A stretch of 64,000 bases of DNA from Iphione sp. A-MEVVRFRX5. Taxonomy: Eukaryota. Below, in pieces: positions 47,621 to 59,800 of the stretch (within the stretch, counting starts at the first letter, position 1; every line of letters begins with the position of its first letter). A model generated the notes under the pieces. It had not been told where the DNA came from and did not search any database. It worked only from the letters and a program-made list of their open reading frames with translations. Where the stretch lies: assembly GCA_976226885.1 (NCBI GenBank), contig OZ320320.1:10044001-10108000 (forward strand), read 5' to 3'. The translations under genes were made by a program, and so were the position numbers.

Positions 47621-49567
47621 TGGTGTGTTTGAACATGTACGAATCATATCTAAATCCTTACTATATGTCAACCATTACAGTAGATGAATATGAGCACCAG
47701 ATAGTGTGTTCCCTGATGCAAATGTGTTTTCCCCCAAGTTTTACCCGCGATGCTCCCTTGGCTATGGGCCTGAAGTTTGAGGCAAGTTTCTATCTTATAT
47801 ATTTCCATTTAAGAAAATACTTCCAAGATCTAATTCATTAGCATTCAGTGAGAATATTAGATAAGAGAAAGGCCCATATACCATAAGAAAGCCTGATCTT
47901 TCAGGTTTAATTTGATGTATAACATGTATATATTGTATATGGATTAGGTATAAGGGAAATAAAGTGAAAGTAGCAACCCCCAACTCCCTACATACCTTCT
48001 ATTCATAATCAGACTGCTTGTTTTGTAATCTAGGCTTAATATAGTTCACGAAAATACTTTTTAAATATGCTACCAATGAATTTGACATATCTGAAAACCT
48101 TTGTGTATGAAGTTTTAGAAGTAAGGAAAATGAAATTGATATATATTACTACATTTTAGTCCATTTTCTCCATTGTTCATATAGGACAACATTTCACCAA
48201 ATTCTTTCCTTGTTGTGGCATGAAATCTTGTATAAGTCAACAACCACTTGTGCAATTTTAAAAATTCAAAAAGCAAAAGGAAGTAGAATGTGTTCTTTAT
48301 CTACTAGATAAAGTGTTCATGTTATAGAAGAGATTTTAAAATATGCTGTTACGTTGCTACATGTAGCATGTGGTGTCAACAGGTCACAATGACACAACTT
48401 TTACCTTTTACGGGTAGAGATGATTGATCTGTCAGAGGAAGTTGTCAATAATGTGTCATTGTCACGCTGGAGACTGAACATTTCTATGTTACATGTGATC
48501 AGGCAATTTTTCCCTTTTGTAGTATGAAACCTTTTGTAATTCAACAACTACATGTTCAATTTCAAAAATTCAAAAAACAAATAAAGGCAGAGGGTGTGCT
48601 TCATCTATTAGATAAAGTGTTAATGCCATAGAAGAGATTTTAAAAAATGCTAGTTAACATGGAGTGAGGGGGGGGGGTGACCTAAGGTTGGTGTAATAAT
48701 CTACACAAGCCACACTGGGACTGGTAAACTAGCCATCTCCAGTTATGATTGTGTTCCACAATTTAACTTCCCAATGGTGTCCCAGTGGAACTACAATGTT
48801 GCAACGCTGCTGCAACAATATAAAATTATTACCTGAGTATATACACAATTATAACTTCTAAAGAACTCCCCACGTCGAGCATTATATCGCTTCACTAACC
48901 GCTCCCGTTTTAACCTGGTACCCTGAATCACGTGACCAATGAGTACCAGTTTAAACCGGTGGACTGTCAACATGAGCTTCTAGTCGACCAGCTGAGAGAA
49001 TGTGGACGCGGCACTGAATCAATCATTAGATTTTATTGGTAAGTACATATCTTGGCTTCTCTTCTTTCAATTGACAATTATAGTTGTGCCTTTCAATTAG
49101 AGGGAGAAAGGTCTTTTTGACATCGTGCATCTAGGCCATCTGTACCCGCATTATCGCCCACTAGCATGTTCGTGCTGTCGAGGTAAACCGCTAGAATCGG
49201 CGTGGAAGCAATCATAACTGTCCGCATCCGATCCCCACTGTCCCCACTTCTGCCATAGAAGCAGTTCTGTGCAGTCATCCTTCGTACCGTTTGAATGCAA
49301 TTAAAATAATCACTGTGTTTATCTTCTGTCAAAGATTGTTGATTTTCCTGTGGTGACCCCACAACGTTCGGTGATCACCTACCAATATATGTGGTAGCAG
49401 GTTTATCCCTCTTGAATACACCTTATTCTTTTTGTGCGTTCATAATACCTATACAGACAGCAGGTTGAAACGTTAGGCAGCCTGCAATGACTTTATTTCT
49501 ACCCCTGCTTAGGAAGGCGACATAGATAGACTAGGCCTGCTCATCAGAGGTCGATATACATGTACCT

Positions 49568-50110
49568 GATTTACCGCGATTTCGGACCTGGGTGATTTCG
49601 GACCAGGTTATTTCGGACCAGACATGGTGACTTCGGACCAGCAGGTTCATTGAGGAAATACACCCTCACTGAGAATGAATAACCCTCAAAACGCTTTGTT
49701 AGGGAGTAGTGGTTGCCCTCACACCTTTACCAACACCAGCAGGTTCAAAGGCCTGGGGGGAGTGTAGCGCGACGACTACATCGCCACTACATCGCTGTCG
49801 TTCAGCCTACACACAAGTGCTTTACATCGTCAGAAAGCCCTCGTGGAGAGCTTTCCAACGAGCCGTCACACAAGTCTGTAGCTGCATTTGCCTCTCATTC
49901 ACGGCTGAAAACGTACGGCTGAAAATGTAATTTATTTAAATTATAGGGATTATTCAGCTACAGGCATCATGCATGCCCAACACACCTATTCCGCCCGCCG
50001 CCGCCGCCGCCGCTATGGTCCGAAATCACTTTCCCTATGTGGTCCGAAATCACTATTGTGGTCCGAGGTCACTGGTCCGAAATTGTCGCGGTCCGAAATC
50101 GCCAGACACC
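49568..50110. mobile_element. Non-autonomous foldback element, MULE/Phantom-like (543 bp)
   Basis: 9-bp direct flank CATGTACCT (49559-49567 and 50111-50119); 4 copies of (A/C)TTCGGACC on the left and 5 inverted GGTCCGA copies on the right. Confidence 0.7.
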
Positions 50111-52659
50111 CATGTACCTTGCTTCGATTTGACACAACCAAGTCTTCCGTATAAGCCCGTCGATTTTTGAGTTACAACGAGGTATTTTTTGCTCTTTCGG
50201 AAGGGGTGTGGTCTGTCACCATAGCAATTTGTGGTCAGCGCATGCGCACTGAAAGGCCTCCCTCGGCAAACATTGCCACATGGCTCAGCTGACATATTAG
50301 AACAAAGAGGGTGATCTTTCTCTGGTCACCATGACAAAACTATGCAAGGTAGGAAGAAATGGTTTGGCATATACATAGATTAGATATTAAAGATTATTCG
50401 CTCCAATTTTTGGACATTTCTATGCAGAGATAAGAGAACTGGAACTAGTCAAATTGACACATTTTACATAGGATTTGGTAGAGACTGTAAACCCTTGCCG
50501 AGGTGTAGCGTATATAGGTCATATTCACTGCTCAACTCTGCAGCCTAAGTGATGCTTTATCTGTGCATCATGAGCCCACACTTGTGCCTCTGCTGTTCAG
50601 ACTTGCCTCTTTCGTGTTAAAAACAATGAATAACTGGCCCTTTGCTCCTATAAGCAGACCCGATTGTAGCAGCAATGTGTTTGTGTAAGGAAATAGGAAC
50701 TTATATCTAAGGAGTACATGTACTTGAAATGTAGATAATCGGTTCTTGGCATCTGCATGTGACCATACATGGAGCAGGTTCGGTTACAGCAAGTTCGGTA
50801 CCAGTACGTGCAGGCTGACTTTTCCTAACACTGTCTGTGTGTGAGCGGGGGGGGGGGGGCAGGTGTGTGTGTATGTGTGACTAACAAACCCTCCATGAAA
50901 GCTGACAGAGCTTTTAGTAAGAGTCGTACAGATTCGGCTCACAAACGCCTCAGCACAAATTGTTGAGCGGGTGTAAACATTGTATATTCCAGTATATGTT
51001 AGAGGAGAAATCCCTGATCCTATGATTACACGTGTCAGGTCTTTAAGAATGCAGCACATACTGGCAAACCAGATGTCTGCTGTCCTAACAGTTAGTAATA
51101 GACTATGTTCTAAGCTTGAATAAAGAGACATGCCCAGTCGAGGTTATAAGGCTTTGCCCCGTCGGGAACCTATGCAGAATGTCTGACAGAATGAAAGGTT
51201 TGGTCAGACTGTGCATTGAACAACCAGAGACCAGTAGCTTTTGGGGACCCCACGTCATAGAATCGTATGTATCAGTTGTCTTCACTATGGTACGATTTTA
51301 ATTCAATGTTCAAACGTGGCTTGTGCTCTTGGTACCAGGCGCTACCTTGATAATGGAATGTAAGAATTCCATCTGCAACTGCCATATCCATGGTGATCTA
51401 GTATAACATCATGTTACTGTGGTTACTAGTAAAAGAGTCATTGGCAACAGTATATCATTTGATTATCACTGATTAGTGACTGTTGCCATCATATCAGCCC
51501 TCCATTGGCAGATATTTAAGAAATGGCTTCAAGGTTTCGTCCCCCTTGGGCTCCTCAGGTGCTTTTAAATGCAGGAATCAAGGTGAACAACAGTTGTTGT
51601 TTTGTGGGTGGCCCTCGGCCACACAGTGTGATAACTTAATACATCATGGTTGAAATTGCATGGGATGTGCATATTTCTATTTAGAACAAATGGTGGATCA
51701 ATACAATATGGGCCAAAAATGGTCAGTAAATAGAAAAAAAAACCGATTTTAATTCAATATATGCCCACTAGAGGGCGACTACTGAGAACTCCTGGCGATT
51801 GTGTTGTAATTCAAATTAATTGTTTTGTTTCGGTTTGGAAGATGATTCATGATGAAATGAACAGTGAATCTATGCACAACAGCGTGGGGCTCAGATCTGA
51901 TAAAGACGCAAATTTAATACAGCAGATTGTATTAAAGACACTAGTAGTGTATATTTAAGTAAAGATAGTGGTCTATAATACATACCAACTCACTTATTAA
52001 AGTTAATCTTGAAAAAAAGATTGATCGTCTGCCAGTGTTTGCACAACACAAATAACTGGCAGTGTACCTGATGTTTACAAAAACAACAACAATCAAATAA
52101 TACTGGACGACCAGTATGTTTTTCGAGAGAAAAGAGCTACTGGAATGACAATTATGCGTTTGAAAAATAAAATACATGAATATCTGATTTGTTGTGGGAA
52201 ATTTCCTGTGCCTTCATTAGTCTTGCCAAAGCTTTTGATATTGCATCTTGTGACATAATATTCAAGGTAGGTATTTTATATGATTGGATATACGAATATG
52301 GGGGTTGTCCTTTATAAGAGACTGCGCTGAATTAGCTTGTGAAAGATATATCACATTGAGACGAGATATCTATGAAAATTGATTGACACGTGGCAAAAAC
52401 GTTCAACCTTACACGATACTACGTGGATAATTGAAAAAAGAAATGATTACGAAGCTGGCATGGGTTATTATGTAAACGGGGAGGTGGTAAGAAAAGAGTT
52501 AAGAGGTCTTCATAATGTAACAATACTTAGGATATTCAGTAGGCAAACCTATAGAGAAAGACTACTGGCAAAATAATGGGAAACACATAAAGGAGCTGGG
52601 GCAAAAGATTGGGAAACTTATCAGGAATACTAGCAAAATAATAGGGAGAAATGACATGC

Positions 52660-53420
52660 CCCCTCTGATGTCTTGAGGCAGTTGGAAGAGAGGCTGACCA
52701 CTAGAGGGGAAGCGGGAAGGGGTCGGACAGTTGCAGGCAGTCAGGGAGAGAGGCTGACTGCAAGAGGGGATGTGGGAGGGGTCTGACAGTTGTAGGCAGT
52801 CAGGGTGAGAGGCAGACAGCTAGAGGGGATGTGAGAGGGGGTCTGACAGTTGCAGGCAGTCAGGGAGAGAGGCAGACAGGTAGAGGGGATATGGGAGGGG
52901 GTCTGACAGTTGCAGGCAGTCAGGGACAGAGGCAGACAGGTAGAGGGAATGTAGGAAGGGTCTAACAGTTGTAGGCAGTCAGGGAGAGAGGCCGACAGCT
53001 AGAGGGGGTGTGGAAGGGGGTCTGACAGTTGCAGGCAGTCAGGGAGAGAGGCAGACAGGTAGAGGGGATGTCGGAGGGGGTCTGACAGGTGCAGGCAGTC
53101 AGGGACAGAGGCAGACAGGTAGAGGGGATGTGGGAGGGGGTCTGGCAGGGGGGGGGGTCTGACAGCTGCAGGCATTCAGGGAGAGAGGCTAACCACTAGA
53201 GGGGATGTGGGAGGGGGTCTGACAGTTGTAGGCAGTCAGGGAGAGAGGCTGACAGGTAGAGGGGGTGTGGGAGGGGGTCTGACAGTTGCAGGCAGTCAGG
53301 GAGAGAGGCAGACAGGTAGAGGGGGTGTGGGAGGGGGTCTGACAGTTGCAGGCAGTCAGGAAGAGAGGCAGACAGGTAGAGGGGATGTGGGAGGGGGTCT
53401 GACAGTTGCAGGCAGTCAGG
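52660..53420. repeat. Minisatellite, 60-bp unit, ~12 copies, just upstream of PUS1 coding exon 1
   Basis: GGGGTCTGACAGTTGCAGGCAGTCAGGGAGAGAGGCAGACAGGTAGAGGGG repeated. Confidence 0.93.
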
Positions 53421-53549
53421 GACAGCTGGGCAAGGTGTGTGTTGGGGGTGGGTGGGTTTTAAGTCATATAAGGAAATCAAGACTGCAGCGGGAAATTGAT
53501 TACGTTTACTTTTTCCCCTTTTTCAGTCAGCTCATATATAGACTTCCAC

Positions 53550-53885
53550 ATGCGTTGTATCCTTTTGCGTGAAACCATAACCAGATTAAGTCACATAGTG
53601 AACATACCTAAAGCCCCGTCGCGAGGTCTTGGCTGCGGACCGTTGAGAATGTCATCAGACGGACCCCTGGTCCAGGTTGCACCAACCGAGACCCAGGTCA
53701 AGGTCGCACCAACTGAGACCCTTTCAGGGGACATAGGAGGCAAAGTTGGCTCACCAGGAAAGAGTGAAGAAGTTGTGAATCAGGAGAGTACTGGAGACAC
53801 AACGACTGCCAAAAGACCACATGAAGAGAATTCAAATGATGGACAAACTGGTGCAACTGAAGTGAAGAAGGCCAAAACTGAACAT
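53550..53885 (+). CDS. PUS1: PUS1 coding exon 1
   Basis: [42 protein letters not shown] donor in phase 0. Confidence 0.8.
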
Positions 53886-56800
53886 GTAAGTAAACAATGT
53901 AGTAATAAAATATCCATATCATAATATAAATAGAAATTCACTTATTAATGAAGTTAATTTGGGGAACATCCTATGATTAAGATAAAAATAAATGTCTTAG
54001 ACTACCATATTGATGTCTCTAATACGATCTGAGTTTGAATGCCAGCAGTTTGGTAATTAATGGAATGGTTCCGCTCGTTCGGAGTACAAACACTGATCTG
54101 TTTGCTTGTGAACATTGCTATGGTGAAGGGTTTTCTGTGTGGACAGCAGACTCCTGCTCTTTGTAGGACCGTCCGTTCTACAAGAAGAAGAAGAAGGTAG
54201 CGATGCTGCTCGTCTACTCCGGCAAGGGCTACACCGGCATGCAGATGTTAGTACCTCCCAACCGCCTACCAGCACAATAAGTATCTGTCCTACAGTCAAG
54301 TAAAGAAATACTCGCACATTTAAGCTCTAAGTTGTTTTGCATTAGTACAGCTCTTCTCCATGTTGAATTACCAGGAACCCTGGGATGAAGACCATAGAGC
54401 AGGACCTTCTCGATGCTCTCCTCAAGGCCGGCGTCGTCACGGAGGATCACGCGTCCAAACCAGGCACCAAGGTATAGTCACGTGACCAGCTGTAAATCAC
54501 ATGATCAGTATCACATCACTTCCCCATGTAACATCACTTTCTCATAAACTGAAGAGAAAGCCTCAATCAGGCAATGTCTTTTTCATGCAGGTTCACTCTA
54601 TGTAGTAGTCACTGGAAGTTTCGTTATATATTTTGCTGCTCCTCCTACAGATGGGGTTCCAGCGAGCAGCCCGGACCGACAAAGGCGTGTCAGCGGCAGG
54701 ACAAGTCGTCTCCTTGAAGATAAGTCTTCATTGCTCTGCCAGTAATGACGTTGACCTTTGAACTCTTAGCAAAGAGCAGGAGTTTCAGGTTCAATAGAGG
54801 GCATCGATACAGTGTGTATGCCGATGAACCGACGAGATGTAGAATGTCAGGTAGTTTCACAGGACATTAGAACTACAGTCCAAGACTACAGGACTAAATA
54901 GGCAGACCACAACGTGCAGATTTCATGTTATTTTTGAAATTTGCAAGTAACGACAGCACATGGACTGGCTGTGTTTACCTGCGGGGGGGGGGGAGCGGGA
55001 TGGTTACAGTTCAGCGTTCATGTGGAAAAAGTGTATTTCCGGTTCCTACATTGTAATCAATTGGGATGAGATTACAGGGATCCCTGTTGTGTAGCATATC
55101 CAGTGGAATGCCCCGAATCTGGAGACCCTTATTTCTAACCTGAGTTGTTCAGACTTTAGAGAGGGGAATCGAGTGAAAAAAGTCCTATATGGGGATGAAT
55201 TTCTGTCCCTGCATCAGTGCAGCTCAGAACTTTCCCTGTTTTAGTCTGAGTTGGAATAACGTTGCACCAGAATTACATGTAGCCTAAGTTAGGATGGAGG
55301 TGTAACAGAGGTGCCTATCATCTGAGTTAGCATAGAGGTGTAACAATGTTGCCTTTCCTAGGATAAAGGTGTAACAATGTTGCCTTTCCTAGGATAAAGG
55401 TGTAACAATGTTGCCTTTCCTAGGATAAAGGTGTAACAATGTTGCCTTTCCTAGGATAGAGGTGTAACAATGTTGCCTTTCCTGGGATAGAGGTGTAACA
55501 ATGTTGCCTTTCCTAGGATAGAGGTCTAACAATGTTGCCTTTCCTGGGATAGAGGTGTAACAATGTTGCCTTTCCTGGGATAGAGGTGTGAAAATGTTGC
55601 CTTTCCTGGGATAGAGGTGTGAAAATGTTGCCTTTTTGAGGTGTAACATAGGTGCCTATAGTTTGAGTTAGTTAGGGAAGTAACAGAAGTACCTTTCATG
55701 GGAGCTAGTGTGACATAATCAGTGGAACAACATTGGCGTACATTCTCACACTTCTACTGGTACCGTATTCACATGTTGGCACCCAGAGCGACTTCAGTAG
55801 AGCTGGCTTGAGAAGCGTCCCCGACAGGACCACCCTTATATTTCTACTGTCCTGATAGTAGACAATGTCAGACATACGTTAACTAGTGGTATTCCTTCTC
55901 ATTCTGTCCACATTTCTGGTACAGGCATATCTTGTGTGCCCAAGCTGATATTCCACTGTGTACATGCAGTCTAGGGTATATGTAATTTATATACAAGTAT
56001 ATTTTTTATATATATTTATGTAAATCTATATTTGTCTGTATACTGATATATAAATCTATATTTGTCTGTATACTGATATGAGTCCCAATTTTATCACAGC
56101 ACATGTTCGTGGATGTCCCGAATCTCCTGGAGAAGATCAACTCCCATCTTGCCGACCAGATCAGAGCATTAGGTAAACTCGTCTTTCATACCCATCCCAG
56201 ACTGGGGCTCAGGCACTGGCCGCAAGGGGTCTACGCGACAGCCCAGCTGTCAGTCAGTAAACCACAGTTGATATCAGACTTCACCAGGACACTTTGTATT
56301 AAGTATTACACCAGTTATGCAGACATTTGGAGAAGGGAGTCCAAGTATAAGTCATACCTCTCTAGTCTCTTCACCCGAACGCTTGCTAATTGTGTCTTAC
56401 CAGTACTTCATGGAAAGCCACCTTTTGGTATCCAACTGGTTTTTGATTATTTCCAACAACCTCCTCTCTTCTCGAAGTAATGTGTCAGCAAGCCTCATAC
56501 ATTATCATGGGAGAGCCTTGCCTTCACTTTGAAATTACAACTGTACAGGAAACTGTGACTTGGTTCTGTAGGGGGTCTGTTGAGAAGTGTACCATACTGA
56601 ACTTAGAGACACTTTTCTCCGTGTAAGCGAATGTAAATAAACTTAAAATATCGCTATGTTTTTAATAACTAGATTCTCACAGTTGACTGGAGTGGAGAAC
56701 AAAGTGTCCTTTGATAATGACGGCCAATCTTATCATTCATATTAATCAGCATTTATTGTTTAACAGGCATTTAACAGTAAAGACAGATGTTTCAAACCAT

Positions 56801-59800
56801 TCCGATAACCTTTTATTGATACCGATCAGGACATAGAAAGTGAAAGATGAGGTTGAAACATGTACATTGTAAACTACACTGACAAGCTGGTCATTCTCTT
56901 TGCTCAGGATTCAAGCGTGTAACACGAGGCTTCAGCAGTAAGGATAGCTGTTCCTCGCGAACCTACATGTACCTGTTGCCAACCTTTGCCTTCACACCAG
57001 TAGATGAGGTAAGTAAATCTAACCTTATCAGGATTTAAGCGTGTTACATGGGGCTTCAGCAGTAAGGACAGTTGCTCCTCATGAACCTACATGTACCTTT
57101 TGCCCACCTTTGCCTTCACACCAGTAGACAAGGTAATTAGATCTATATACATATGGATTTAAGCGTGTAACACAAGGCTTCAGCAGTAAGGACAGTTGTT
57201 CCTCGTGAAACTACATGTACCTGTTGCCCACCTTTGCCTTCACACCAGTAGACAAGGTAATAAGATCTATATACATACGGATTTAAGTGCGTAACACGAG
57301 GCTTCAGCAATAAGGACAGTTGCTCCTCGTGAAACTACATGTACCTGTTGCCCACCTTTGCCTTCACACCAGTAGACAAGGTAATTAGATCTATATACAT
57401 ACGGATTTAAGCGGGTAACATGAGGCTTCAGCAGTAAGGACAGTTGCTCCTCGTGAAACTACATGTACCTGTTGCCCACCTTTGCTTTCACACCAGTAGA
57501 TGAGGTAAGAAAATCTATATATATTCATCAGGATTTAAGCGTATTACATGAGGTTTAGGCAGTAAGGACAGTTGCTCCTCGTGAACCTACATTTACCTGT
57601 TGCCCACCTTCACCTTCACGCTGGTAAATGAGGTAAGTAAATCTATCCTTATCAGGATTTAAGCATGTAACATGAGGCTTGAGCAGTAAGGATAGCTGCT
57701 CCTCACAAAGCTACATCTACCTGTTGCCCATCTTTGCCTTCATGCCGGTAGACGAGGTCAGTACATCGTCCTTATGATTCAGCCTTGTAGAAGTGAGTTG
57801 TGATGTTTTTCTTGCTAATTGACTGATCACACACAGCGTGGCGGAGGAAGTTGTTAAAACCATGTCATTATGATGCTAGATGCAGAATGTCTGTATGGTA
57901 CACGTCATCGATCGATTGACCAATCGCTGCTTTATGTATTAATGTCAAAATAATGCTCTGCTACAACAGTTTCATGTCTGCTACCCAACGGAATGTGAAC
58001 AGTTTTGGCGTGTCTTTTTGGCATTATGATGTGATGTAGTAAGAAATGAAAATACTGTTGTAGTATCCTTTTGGCACTATGGTTTTATGTGGCAGTTGGG
58101 CAATTAGCAGACAGGTTTTGGGGGTCACAGTGCGAGTTTCTCATGCATCCCATCCAGAAATTCCATGATTGTAACTCAGTTCATATCTATTCCTGTTCAT
58201 TATGAGGAAGTTACAGCTGTAGACAGTACGATGATAAATACGCAACCTCTCCTTTTCATCAGTATGTCTTATGTATGGTTGATTAAGTCCTTGCTAGGGT
58301 ATTGCCACTTGCTCACCTAAAGCATTCTCCTGTTTTTCAGTTTGTCTTGGAGAGTTTTAAAATGTCAGGTATGTATAACACTACTCTCTTTTTTATGATG
58401 TACGTTGACTTCCTATAATTATATACATATATATATAGTAGAATCTTGTATAAAGGGACATTTTGTTGTTCAGAAAATTCACACACTTCACGCGTCGTAG
58501 TATGAATCGCCTCCAAGCTGAGAACTTCTCTACCAAATCCATAGCGGTTCCACTAGCATATGTAATAAAGTTCTGAAAAGCAATTTTTCATTATTATCAA
58601 CCTGTTTTCAGAGGAATTAAGAGGAGAGGTCAACAAAGTCCTGGGACTTTTCATAGGAACGCACAAATTCCACAATTTTACATCGGGAAAGTAAGTACCC
58701 GTAGGTTTTCATGAAGATCCCCAGTATTAAACTGTCCGTAGTAAATTCGCTGGAAATGGTGAAGAGCCACGTCAAGTGTGTTAGAGAAACTCTCAGCAAA
58801 GTTGCCTGTCTTTAAATTCCTTCTTTGGTACAATTAGGTACTTNNNNNNNNNNNNNNNNNNNNNNNNNNNNNNNNNNNNNNNNNNNNNNNNNNNNNNNNN
58901 NNNNNNNNNNNNNNNNNNNNNNNNNNNNNNNNNNNNNNNNNNNNNNNNNNNNNNNNNNNNNNNNNNNNNNNNNCGTGCGTGTGCGTATGTCTGTGCGTCT
59001 GTGTGTCTCATTCTCTCCCTCCCTCCTTATTCTTGACTTATGCATAAAGGTTTATCAACCATTTTACAGAGAAAAGAGAGGGAAAACCACAAAACCAGCT
59101 GAAATACTGTGAAATAGTATCAACTTTACAAACCCGTCCAAAATTATCGAATGTGGCTGACGGATGACGCATTTGAGCATGGACTGTGAAATGCAGCACT
59201 TGGGTAAAGATCCCATATTTATGTGTTCACGAAACTTTAGATACCAGAAAGTATCCACAGATAGAGACCCCAGAAGATGTGAGATGTTCTGACTGCTGTC
59301 TGTCCTTCTCTCGACAGGAAGCCTAATGATGCCAGTGCCCAGCGGTACATCATGGACATGTCGGTAAGCATGACTAACTCAAAGAGAACCTGGGGAGGAT
59401 CGGTGGATGATGTGCATGTAGGGCCAGCTCTAAGCAGCGTCACTCAGCCGTCCTTGACTCGACAGTGTGAAAGACGAGAAAACCGGATATTCAGTACTGT
59501 GATTCAGAGAGATCATAGAGATAAGCTGTACACTGATGCATTATTTAAATTCGATGTAAAGTTCGCCAGTAGAGTAAAGATATACGTACAAGTACATGTA
59601 CAGATAACGCCAACTCTAAATNNNNNNNNNNNNNNNNNNNNNNNNNNNNNNNNNNNNNNNNNNNNNNNNNNNNNNNNNNNNNNNNNNNNNNNNNNNNNNN
59701 NNNNNNNNNNNNNNNNNNNNNNNNNNNNNNNNNNNNNNNNNNNNNNNNNNNNNNNTTGGCTTGTTGAAAAACATGGTGCTAAGAGGCATGTTTCCCCCTT

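Noticed and set aside
47358-47687. ORFs containing X runs (also 58793-59112 and 59352-59807)
   Set aside because: Artefacts of N-gaps.
47950-48660. Degenerate ~300-bp direct repeats
   Set aside because: Probably part of a non-autonomous DNA element, but I could not define termini or a TSD.
52300-52640. Protein-like decayed frame (MIDTWQKRSTLHDTTWIIEK..)
   Set aside because: Short, interrupted by stops and not assignable without a search.
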